From assembly GCF_009914755.1 (NCBI RefSeq), contig NC_060932.1: DNA of 64,000 bases. The stretch is one strand, 5' to 3'. Source of the DNA: the human T2T-CHM13v2.0 reference genome, Homo sapiens. Under the pieces are notes generated by a model. The model searched no databases. It was given only the letters and a program-made list of their open reading frames with translations, and was not told the DNA's origin. Of this stretch, positions 27,001 to 39,999 are shown in pieces (position 1 is the first letter of the stretch; each line of letters starts with the position of its first letter). A program made the position numbers and the translations under genes.

Positions 27001-30000
27001 GAGTGTAACATTCCCATTCATAGAGCAGGTTTGACACACTCTTTTTGTAGTATCTGGAAGTGGACATTTGGAGCGCTTTCTGAACTATGGTGAAAAAGGA
27101 AATATCTTCCAATGAAAACAAGACAGAAGCATTCTGAGAAACTTATTTGTGATGTGTGTCCTCAACTAACGGACTTGAACCTTTCGTTTCATGCAGTACT
27201 TCTGGAACACTCTTTTTGAAGATTCTGCATGCGGATATTTGGATAGCTTTGAGGATTTCGTTGGAAACGGGCTTACATATAAAAATTAGACAGCAGCATT
27301 CTCAGAAACTTCTCTGTGGTGTCTGCATCCAAGTCACAGAATTGAACATCCCCTCACATAGAGCAGTTGTGCAGCACTCTATTTGTAGTATCTCGAAGTG
27401 GACATTTGGAGGGCTTTGTAGCCTATCTGGAAAAAGGAAATATCTTCCCATGAATGCGAGATAGAAGTAATCTCAGAAACATGTTTATGCTGTATCTACT
27501 CAACTAACTGTAGTGAACATTTCTATTGATAGAGCAGTTTTGAGACACTCTTCTTTTGGAATCTGCAAGTGGATATTTGGATAGATTTGAGGATTTCTTT
27601 GGCAACGGGATTATATATAAAAAGTAGACAGCCGCATTCTCAGAAACTTCTTTGTGATGTTTGCATCCAGCTCTCAGAGTTGAACATTCCCTTTCGTAGA
27701 GTAGGTTTGAAACCCTCTTTTTATAGTGTCTGGAAGCGGGCATTTGGAGCGCTTTCAGGCCTATGCTGAAAAAGGAAATATCTACCTATAGAAACTAGAC
27801 AGAAGCATTCTGAGAATCACGTTTGTGATGTGGGTACTCAACTAACAGTGTTGATCCATTCTTTTGATACAGCAGTTTTGAACCACACTTTTTGTAGAAT
27901 CTGCAAGTGGATATTTGGATAGCTGTGAGGATTTCCTTGGAAACGGGAATGTCTTCATAGAAAATTTAGACAGAAGCATTCTCAGAACCTTGATTGTGAT
28001 GTGTGTTCTCCACTAACAGGGTTGAACCTTTCTTTTGACAGAACTGTTCTGAAACATTCTTTGTATAGAATCTGGAAGTGGATATTTGGAAAGCTTTGAG
28101 GATTTCGTTGGAAACGGGAATATCTTCAAATCAAATCTAGCCAGAAGCATTCTAAGAAACATCTTAGGGATGTTTACATTCAAGTCACAGAGTTGAAAAT
28201 TCCCTTTCACAGAGCAGGTTTGAAACAATCTTCTCGTAGTATCTGGAAGTGGACATTTTGAGCTCCTTGTGGCCTATGCTGAAAAAGGAAATATCTTCCG
28301 ACAAAAACTAGACAGAAGCATTCGCAGAATCACGTTTGTGATGTGTGCACTCAACTGTCGGAATTGAACCTTTGTTTGGACAGAGCACTTTTGAAACACT
28401 CATTTTGTAGAATCTGCAGGTGGATATTTGGCTAGCTTTGAGGATTTCGTTGGAAACGGTAATGTCTTCAAAGAAAATCTAGACAGAAACATTCTCAGAA
28501 ACACCTTCGTGATGTTTGCAATCAAGTCACAGAGTTGAACCTTCCGTTTCATAGAGCAGGTTGGAAACACTCTTTTTGTAGTATCTGGAAGTGGACATTT
28601 GGAGCGCTTTCAGGCCTATGGTGAAAAAGGAAATATCTTCCCATAAAAACGACATAGAAGCTATCTCAGGAACTTGTTTATGATGCATCCAATCAACTAA
28701 CAGTTTTGAACCTTTGTACTGACAGTGCAGTGTGAAACACTCTTTTTTTTGGAATCTGCAAGTGGATATTTGGATCGCTTTGAGGATTTCGTTGGAAACG
28801 GGATGCAATATAAAAGTACACAGCAGCATACTTAGAAAATACTTTGCCATATTTCCATTCAAGTCACAGAGTGGAACATTCCCATTCATAGAGCAGGTTT
28901 GACACACTCTTTTTGTAGTATCTGGAAGTGGACATTTGGAGCGCTTTCTGAACTATGGTGAAAAAGGAAATATCTTCCAATGAAAACAAGACAGAAGCAT
29001 TCTGAGAAACTTATTTGTGATGTGTGTCCTCAACTAACGGACTTGAACCTTTCGTTTCATGCAGTACTTCTGGAACACTCTTTTTGAAGATTCTGCATGC
29101 GGATATTTGGATAGCTTTGAGGATTTCGTTGGAAACGGGCTTACATATAAAAATTAGACAGCAGCATTCTCAGAAACTTCTCTGTGGTGTCTGCATCCAA
29201 GTCACAGAATTGAACATCCCCTCACATAGAGCAGTTGTGCAGCACTCTATTTGTAGTATGTCGAAGTGGACATTTGGAGGGCTTTGTAGCCTATCTGGAA
29301 AAAGGAAATATCTTCCCATGAATGCGAGATAGAAGTAATCTCAGAAACATGTTTATGCTGTATCTACTCAACTAACTGTGCTGAACATTTCTATTGATAG
29401 AGCAGTTTTGAGACACTCTTCTTTTGGAATCTGCAAGTGGATATTTGGATAGATTTGAGAATTTCGTTGGCAACGGGATTATATATAAAAAGTAGACAGC
29501 CGCATTCTCAGAAACTTCTTTGTGATGTTTGCATCCAGCTCTCAGAGTTGAACATTCCCTTTCGTAGAGTAGGTTTGAAACCCTCTTTTTATAGTGTCTG
29601 GAATCGGGCATTTGGAGCGCTTTCAGGCCAATGCTGAAAAAGGAAATATCTACCTATAGAAACTAGACAGAAGCATTCTGAGAATCACGTTTGTGATGTG
29701 GGTACTCAACTAACAGTGTTGATCCATTCTTTTGATACAGCAGTTTTGAACCACACTTTTTGTAGAATCTGCAAGTGGATATTTGGATAGCTGTGAGGAT
29801 TTCCTTGGAAACGGGAATGTCTTCATAGAAAATTTAGACAGAAGCATTCTCAGAACCTTGATTGTGATGTGTGTTCTCCACTAACAGGGTTGAACCTTTC
29901 TTTTGACAGAACTGTTCTGAAACATTCTTTGTATAGAATCTGGAAGTGGATATTTGGAAAGCTTTGAGGATTTCGTTGGAAACGGGAATATCTTCAAATC

Positions 30001-33000
30001 AAATCTAGCCAGAAGCATTCTAAGAAACATCTTAGGGATGTTTACATTCAAGTCACAGAGTTGAACATTCCCTTTCACAGAGCAGGTTTGAAACAATCTT
30101 CTCGTACTATCTGGAAGTGGACATTTTGAGCTCCTTGGGGCCTATGCTGTAAAAGGAAATATCTTCCGACAAAAACTAGACAGAAGCATTCGCAGAATCA
30201 CGTTTGTGATGTGTGCACTCAACTGTCAGAATTGAACCTTTGTTTGGACAGAGCACTTTTGAAACACTCTTTTTGTAGAATCTGCAGGTGGATATTTGAC
30301 TAGCTTTGAGGATTTCGTTGGAAACGGTAATGTCTTCAAAGAAAATCTAGACAGAAACATTCTCAGAAACACCTTCGTGATGTTTGCAATCAAGTCACAG
30401 AGTTGAACCTTCCGTTTCATAGAGCAGGTTGGAAACACTCTTTTTGTAATATCTGGAAGTGGACATTTGGAGCACTTTCAGGCCTATGGTGAAGAAGGAA
30501 ATATCTTCCCATAAAAACGACATAGAAGCTATCTCAGGAACTTGTTTATGATGCATCCAATCAACTAACAGTGTTGAACCTTTGTACTGACAGAGCAGTG
30601 TGAAACACTCTTTTTTTTGGAATCTGCAAGTGGATATTTGGATCGCTTTGAGGATTTCGTTGGAAACGGGATGCAATATAAAACGTACACAGCAGCATAC
30701 TCATAAAATACTTTGCCATATTTCCATTCAAGTCACAGAGTGGAACATTCCCATTCATAGAGCAGGTTTGACACACTCTTTTTGTAGTATCTGGAAGTCT
30801 ACATTTGGAGCGCTTTCTGAACTATGGTGAAAAAGGAAATATCTTCCAATGAAAACAAGACAGAAGCATTCTGAGAAACTTATTTGTGATGTGTGTCCTC
30901 AACTAACGGACTTGAACCTTTCGTTTCATGCAGTACTTCTGGAACACTCTTTTTGAAGATTCTGCATGCGGATATTTGGATAGCTTTGAGGATTTCGTTG
31001 GAAATGGGCTTACATATAAAAATTAGACAGCAGCATTCTCAGAAACTTCTCTGTGGTGTCTGCATCCAAGTCACAGAATTGAACATCCCCTCACATAGAG
31101 CAGTTGTGCAGCACTCTATTTGTAGTATCTCGAAGTGGACATTTGGAGGGCTTTGTAGCCTATCTGGAAAAAGGAAATATCTTCCCATGAATGCGAGATA
31201 GAAGTAATCTCAGAAAAATGTTTATGCTGTATCTACTCAACTAACTGTGCTGAACATTTCTATTGATAGAGCAGTTTTGAGACACTCTTCTTTTGGAATC
31301 TGCAAGTGGATATTTGGACAGATTTGAGGATTTCGTTGGCAACGGGATTATATATAAAATGTAGACAGCCGCATTCTCAGAAACTTCTTTGTGATGTTTG
31401 CATCCAGCTCTCAGAGTTGAACATTCCCTTTCGTAGAGTAGGTTTGAAACCCTCTTTTTATAGTGTCTGGAAGCGGGCATTTGGAGCGCTTTCAGGCCTA
31501 TGCTGAAAAAGGAAATATCTACCTATAGAAACTAGACAGAAGCATTCTGAGAATCACGTTTGTGATGTGGGTACTCAACTAACAGTGTTGATCCATTCTT
31601 TTGATACAGCAGTTTTGCACCACACTTTTTGTAGAATCTGCAAGTGGATATTTGGATAGCTGTGAGGATTTCCTTGGAAACGGGAATGTCTTCATAGAAA
31701 ATTTAGACAGAAGCATTCTCAGAACCTTGATTGTGATGTGTGTTCTCCACTAACAGGGTTGAACCTTTCTTTTGACAGAACTGTTCTGAAACATTCTTTG
31801 TATAGAATCTGGAAGTGGATATTTGGAAAGCTTTGAGGATTTCGTTGGAAACGGGAATATCTTCAAATAAAATCTAGCCAGAAGCATTCTAAGAAACATC
31901 TTAGGGATGTTTACATTCAAGTCACAGAGTTGAACATTCCCTTTCACAGAGCAGGTTTGAAACAATCTTCTCGTAGTATCTGGAAGTGGACATTTTGAGC
32001 TCCTTGGGGCCTATGCTGAAAAAGGAAATATCTTCCGACAAAAACTAGACAGAAGCATTCGCAGAATCACGTTTGTGATGTGTGCACTCAACTGTCGGAA
32101 TTGAACCTTTGTTTGGACAGAGCACTTTTGAAACACTCTTTTTGTAGAATCTGCAGGTGGATATTTGACTAGCTTTGAGGATTTCGTTGGAAACGGTAAT
32201 GTCTTCAAAGAAAATCTAGACAGAAACATTCTCAGAAACACCTTCGTGATGTTTGCAATCAAGTCACAGAGTTGAACCTTCCGTTTCATAGAGCAGATTG
32301 GAAACACTCTTTTTGTAATATCTGGAAGTGGACATTTGGAGCGCTTTCAGTCCTATGGTGAAGAAGGAAATATCTTCCCATAAAAACGACATAGAAGCTA
32401 TCTCAGGAACTTGTTTATGATGCATCCAATCAACTAACAGTGTTGTACTTTTGTACTGACAGAGCAGTGTGAAACACTCTTTTTTTTGGAATCTGCAAGT
32501 GGATATTTGGATCGCTTTGAGGATTTCGTTGGAAACGGGATGCAATATAAAACGTACACAGCAGCATACTCAGAAAATACTTTGCCATATTTCCATTCAA
32601 GTCACAGAGTGGAACATTCCCATTCATAGAGCAGGTTTGACACACTCTTTTTGTAGTATCTGGAAGTGGACATTTGGAGCGCTTTCTGAACTATGGTGAA
32701 AAAGGAAATATCTTCCAATGAAAACAAGACAGAAGCATTCTGAGAAACTTATTTGTGATGTGTGTCCTCAACTAACGGACTTGAACCTTTCGTTTCATGC
32801 AGTACTTCTGGAACACTCTTTTTGAAGATTCTGCATGCGGATATTTGGATAGCTTTGAGGATTTCGTTGGAAACGGGCTTACATATAAAAATTAGACAGC
32901 AGCATTCTCAGAAACTTCTCTGTGGTGTCTGCATTCAAGTCACAGAATTGAACATCCCCTCACATAGAGCAGCTGTGCAGCACTCTATTTGTAGTATCTC

Positions 33001-36000
33001 GAAGTGGACATTTGGAGGGCTTTGTAGCCTATCTGGAAAAAGGAAATATCTTCCCATGAATGCGAGATAGAAGTAATCTCAGAAACATGTTTATGCTGTA
33101 TCTACTCAACTAACTGTGCTGAACATTTCTATTGATAGAGCAGTTTTGAGACACTCTCCTGTTGGAATCTGCAAGTGGATATTTCGATAGATTTGAGGAT
33201 TTCCTTGGAAACGGGATTATATATCAAAAGTAGACAGCAGCATTCTCAGAAACTTCTTTGTGAGGTTTGCATCCAGCTCTCAGAGTTGAACATTCCCTTT
33301 CGTGGAGTGGGTTTGAAACCCTCTTTTTATAGTGTCTGGAAGCGGGCATTTGGAGCGCTTTCAGGCCTATGCTGAAAAAGGAAATATCTACCTATAGAAA
33401 CTAGACAGAAGCTTTCTGAGAATCACGTTTGTGATGTGGGTACTCAACTAACAGTGTTGATCCATTCTTTTGATACAGCAGTTTTGAACCACACTTTTTG
33501 TAGAATCTGCAAGTGGATATTTGGACAGCTGTGAGGATTTCCTTGGAAACGGGAATGTCTTCATAGAAAATTTAGACAGAAGCATTCTCAGAACCTTGAT
33601 TGTGATGTGTGTTCTCCACTAACAGGGTTGAACCTTTCTTTTGACAGAACTGTTTTGAAACATTCTTTTTATAGAATCTGGAAGTGGATATTTGGAAAGC
33701 TTTGAGGATTTCGTTGGAAACGGGAATATCTTCAAATCAAATCTAGCCAGAAGCATTCTAAGAAACATCTTAGGGATGTTTACATTCAAGTAACAGAGTT
33801 GAACATTCCCTTTCACAGAGCAGGTTTGAAACAATCTTCTCGTACTATCTGGAAGTGGACATTTTGAGCTCCTTGGGGCCTATGCTGAGAAAGGAAATAT
33901 CTTCCGACAAAAACTAGACAGAAGCATTCGCAGAATCACGTTTGTGATGTGTGCACTCAACTGTCAGAATTGAACCTTTGTTTGGACAGAGCACTTTTGA
34001 AACACTCTTTTTGTAGAATCTGCAGGTGGATATTTGGCTAGCTTTGAGGATTTCGTTGGAAACGGTAATGTCTTCAAAGAAAATCTAGACAGAAACATTC
34101 TCAGAAACACCTTCGTGATGTTTGCAATCAAGTCACAGAGTTGAACCTTCCGTTTCATAGAGCAGGTTGGAAACACTCTTTTTGTAGTATCTGGAAGTGG
34201 ACATTTGGAGCGCTTTCAGGCCTATGGTGAGAAAGGAAATATCTTCCCATAACAACGACATAGAAGCTATCTCAGGAACTTGTTTATGATGCATCTAATC
34301 AACTAACAGTGTTGAACCTTTGTACTGACAGAGCAGTGTGAAACACTCTTTTTTTTGGAATCTGCAAGTGGATATTTGGATCGCTTTGAGGATTTCGTTG
34401 GAAACGGGATGCAATATAAAACGTACAGAGCAGCATACTCAGAAAATACTTTGCCATATTTCCATTCAAGTCACAGAGTGGAACATTCCCATTCATAGAG
34501 CAGGTTGGACACACTCCTTTTGTAGTATCTGGAAGTGGACATTTGGAGCGCTTTCTGAACTATGGTGAAAAAGGAAATATCTTCCAATGAAAACAAGACA
34601 GAAGCATTCTGAGAAACTTATTTGTGATGTGTGTCCTCAACTAACGGACTTGAACCTTTCGTTTCATGCAGTACTTCTGGAACACTCTTTTTGAAGATTC
34701 TGCATGCGGATATTTGGATAGCTTTGAGGATTTCGTTGGAAACGGGCTTACATATAAAAATTAGACAGCAGCATTCTCAGAAACTTCTTTGTGGTGTCTG
34801 CATTCAAGTCACAGAATTGAACATCCCCTCACATAGACCAGCTGTGCAGCACTCTATTTGTAGTATCTCGAAGTGGACATTTGGAGGGCTTTGTAGCCTA
34901 TCTGGAAAAAGGAAATATCTTCCCATGAATGCGAGATAGAAGTAATCTCAGAAACATGTTTATGCTGTATCTACTCAACTAACTGTGCTGAACATTTCTA
35001 TTGATAGAGCAGGTTTGAGACACTCTTCTTTTGGAATCTGCAAGTGGATATTTGGATAGATTTGAGGATTTCCTTGGAAACGGGATTCTATATCAAAAGT
35101 AGACAGCAGCATTCTCAGAAACTTCTTTGTGATGTTTGCATCCAGCTCTCAGAGTTGAACATTCCCTTTCGTGGAGTAGGTTTGAAACCCTCTTTTTATA
35201 GTGTCTGGAAGCGGGCATTTGGAGCGCTTTCAGGCCTATGCTGAAAAAGGAAATATCTACCTATAGAAACTAGACAGAAGCATTCTGAGAATCACGTTTG
35301 TGATGTGGGTACTCAACTAACAGTGTTGATCCATTCTTTTGATACAGCAGTTTTGAACCACACTTTTTGTAGAATCTGCAAGTGGATATTTGGATAGCTG
35401 TGAGGATTTCCTTTGAAACGGGAATGTCTTCATAGAAAATTTAGACAGAAGCATTCTCAGAACCTTGATTGTGATGTGTGTTCTCCACTAACAGGGTTGA
35501 ACCTTTCTTTTGACAGAACTGTTTTGAAACATTCTTTTTATAGAATCTGGAAGTGGATATTTGGAAAGCTTTGAGGATTTCGTTGGAAACGGGAATATCT
35601 TCAAATCAAATCTAGCCAGAAGCATTCTAAGAAACATCTTAGGGATGTTTACATTCAAGTAACAGAGTTGAACATTCCCTTTCACAGAGCAGGTTTGAAA
35701 CAATCTTCTCGTACTATCTGGAAGTGGACATTTTGAGCTCCTTGGGGCCTATGCTGAGAAAGGAAATAGCTTGCGACAAAAACTAGACAGAAGCATTCGC
35801 AGAATCACGTTTGTGATGTGTGCACTCAACTGTCAGAATTGAACCTTTGTTTGGACAGAGCACTTTTGAAACACTCTTTTTGTAGAATCTGCAGGTGGAT
35901 ATTTGGCTAGCTTTGAGGATTTCGTTGGAAACGGTAATGTCTTCAAAGAAAATCTAGACAGAAACATTCTCAGAAACACCTTCGTGATGTTTGCAATCAA

Positions 36001-39000
36001 GTCACAGAGTTGAACCTTCCGTTTCATAGAGCAGGTTGGAAACACTCTTTTTGTAGTATCTGGAAGTGGACATTTGGAGCGCTTTCAGGCCTATGGTGAG
36101 AAAGGAAATATCTTCCCATAAAAACGACATAGAAGCTATCTCAGGAACTTGTTTATGATGCATCCAATCAACTAACAGTGTTGAACCTTTGTACTGACAG
36201 AGCAGTGTGAAACACTCTTTTTTTTGGAATCTGCAAGTGGATATTTGGATCGCTTTGAGGATTTCGTTGGAAACGGGATGCAATATAAAACGTACACAGC
36301 AGCATACTCAGAAGATACTTTGCCATATTTCCATTCAAGTCACAGAGTGGAACATTCCCATTCATAGAGAAGGTTGGAAACACTCCTTTTGTAGTATCTG
36401 GAAGTGGACATTTGGAGCGCTTTCTGAACTATGGTGAAAAAGGAAATATCTTCCAATGAAAACAAGACAGAAGCATTCTGAGAAACTTATTTGTGATGTG
36501 TGTCCTCAACTAACGGACTTGAACCTTTCGTTTCATGCAGTACTTCTGGAACACTCTTTTTGAAGATTCTGCATGCGGATATTTGGATAGCTTTGAGGAT
36601 TTCTTTGGAAACGGGCTTACATATAAAAATTAGACAGCAGCATTCTCAGAAACTTCTTTGTGGTGTCTGCATTCAAGTCACAGAATTGAACATCCCCTCA
36701 CATAGAGCAGTTGTGCAGCACTCTATTTGTAGTATCTCGAAGTGGACATTTGGAGGGCTTTGTAGCCTATCTGGAAAAAGGAAATATCTTCCCATGAATG
36801 TGAGATAGAAGTAATCTCAGAAACATGTTTATGCTGTATCTACTCAACTAACTGTGCTGAACATTTCTATTGATAGAGCAGTTTTGAGACACTCTCCTGT
36901 TGGAATCTGCAAGTGGATATTTGGATAGATTTGAGGATTTCCTTGGAAACGGGATTATATATCAAAAGTAGACAGCAGCATTCTCAGAAACTTCTTTGTG
37001 AGTTTTGCATCCAGCTCTCAGAGTTGAACATTCCCTTTCGTGGAGTAGGTTTGAAACCCTCTTTTTATAGTGTCTGGAAGCAGGCATTTGGAGCGCTTTC
37101 AGGCCTATGCTGAAAAAGGAAATATCTACCTATAGAAACTAGACAGAAGCATTCTGAGAATCACGTTTGTGATGTGGGTACTCAACTAACAGTGTTGATC
37201 CATTCTTTTGATACAGCAGTTTTGAACCACACTTTTTGTAGAATCTGCAAGTGGATATTTGGATAGCTGTGAGGATTTCCTTGGAAACGGGAATGTCTTC
37301 ATAGAAAATTTAGACAGAAGCATTCTCAGAACCTTGATTGTGATGTGTGTTCTCCACTAACAGGGTTGAACCTTTCTTTTGACAGAACTGTTTTGAAACA
37401 TTCTTTTTATAGAATCTGGAAGTGGATATTTGGAAAGCTTTGAGGATTTCGTTGGAAACGGGAATATCTTCAAATCAAATCTAGCCAGAAGCATTCTAAG
37501 AAACATCTTAGGGATGTTTACATTCAAGTCACAGAGTTGAACATTCCCTTTCACAGAGCAGGTTTGAAACAATCTTCTCGTACTATCTGGAAGTGGACAT
37601 TTTGAGCTCCTTGGGGCCTATGCTGAGAAAGGAAATATCTTCCGACAAAAACTAGACAGAAGCATTCGCAGAATCACGTTTGTGATGTGTGCACTCAACT
37701 GTCAGAATTGAACCTTTGTTTGGACACAGCACTTTTGAAACACTCTTTTTGTAGAATCTGCAGGTGGATATTTGGCTAGCTTTGAGGATTTCGTTGGAAA
37801 CGGTAATGTCTTCAAAGAAAATCTAGACAGAAACATTCTCAGAAACACCTTCGTGATGTTTGCAATCAAGTCACAGAGTTGAACCTTCCGTTTCATAGAG
37901 CAGGTTGGAAACACTCTTTTTGTAGTATCTGGAAGTGGACATTTGGAGCGCTTTCAGGCCTATGGTGAGAAAGGAAATATCTTCCCATAAAAACGACATA
38001 GAAGCTATCTCAGGAACTTGTTTATGATGCATCCAATCAACTAACAGTGTTGAACCTTTGTACTGACAGAGCAGTGTGAAACACTCTTTTTTTTGGAATC
38101 TGCAAGTGGATATTTGGATCGCTTTGAGGATTTCGTTGGAAACGGGATGCAATATAAAACGTACACAGCAGCATACTCAGAAGATACTTTGCCATATTTC
38201 CATTCAAGTCACAGAGTGGAACATTCCCATTCATAGAGAAGGTTGGAAACACTCCTTTTGTAGTATCTGGAAGTGGACATTTGGAGCGCTTTCTGAACTA
38301 TGGTGAAAAAGGAAATATCTTCCAATGAAAACAAGACAGAAGCATTCTGAGAAACTTATTTGTGATGTGTGTCCTCAACTAACGGACTTGAACCTTTCGT
38401 TTCATGCAGTACTTCTGGAACACTCTTTTTGAAGATTCTGCATGCGGATATTTGGATAGCTTTGAGGATTTCTTTGGAAACGGGCTTACATATAAAAATT
38501 AGACAGCAGCATTCTCAGAAACTTCTTTGTGGTGTCTGCATTCAAGTCACAGAATTGAACATCCCCTCACATAGAGCAGTTGTGCAGCACTCTATTTGTA
38601 GTATCTCGAAGTGGACATTTGGAGGGCTTTGTAGCCTATCTGGAAAAAGGAAATATCTTCCCATGAATGCGAGATAGAAGTAATCTCAGAAACATGTTTA
38701 TGCTGTATCTACTCAACTAACTGTGCTGAACATTTCTATTGATAGAGCAGTTTTGAGACACTCTCCTTTTGGAATCTGCAAGTGGATATTTGGATAGATT
38801 TGAGGATTTCCTTGGAAACGGGATTATATATCAATAGTAGACAGCAGCATTCTCAGAAACTTCTTTGTGATGTTTGCATCCAGCTCTCAGAGTTGAACAT
38901 TCCCTTTCGTAGAGTAGGTTTGAAACCCTCTTTTTATAGTGTCTGGAAGCGGGCATTTGGAGCGCTTTCAGGCCTATGCTGAAAAAGGAAATATCTACCT

Positions 39001-39999
39001 ATAGAAACTAGACAGAAGCATTCTGAGAATCACGTTGGTGATGTGGGTACTCAACTAACAGTGTTGATCCATTCTTTTGATACAGCAGTTTTGAACCACA
39101 CTTTTTGTAGAATCTGCAAGTGGATATTTGGATAGCTGTGAGGATTTCCTTGGAAACGGGAATGTCTTCATAGAAAATTTAGACAGAAGCATTCTCAGAA
39201 CCTTGATTGTGATGTGTGTTCTCCACTAACAGGGTTGAACCTTTCTTTTGACAGAACTGTTTTGAAACATTCTTTTTATAGAATCTGGAAGTGGATATTT
39301 GGAAAGCTTTGAGGATTTCGTTGGAAACGGGAATATCTTCAAATCAAATCTAGCCAGAATCATTCTAAGAAACATCTTAGGGATGTTTACATTCAAGTCA
39401 CAGAGTTGAACATTTCCTTTCACAGAGCAGGTTTGAAACAATCTTCTCGTACTATCTGGAAGTGGACATTTTGAGCTCCTTGGGGCCTATGCTGAGAAAG
39501 GAAATATCTTCCGACAAAAACTAGACAGAAGCATTCGCAGAATCACGTTTGTGATGTGTGCACTCAACTGTCAGAATTGAATCTTTGTTTGGACAGAGCA
39601 CTTTTGAAACACTCTTTTTGTAGAATCTGCAGGTGGATATTTGGCTAGCTTTGAGGATTTCGTTGGAAACGGTAATGTCTTCAAAAAAAATCTAGACAGA
39701 AACATTCTCAGAAACACCTTCGTGATGTTTGCAATCAAGTCACAGAGTTGAACCTTCCGTTTCATAGAGCAGGTTGGAAACACTCTTTTTGTAGTATCTG
39801 GAAGTGGACATTTGGAGCGCTTTCAGGCCTATGGTGAAAAAGGAAATAACTTCCCATAAAAACGACATAGAAGCTATCTCAGGAACTTGTTTATGATGCA
39901 TCCAATCAACTAACAGTGTTGAACCTTTGTACTGACAGAGCAGTGTGAAACACTCTTTTTTTTGGAATCTGCAAGTGTATATTTGGATCGCTTTGAGGA

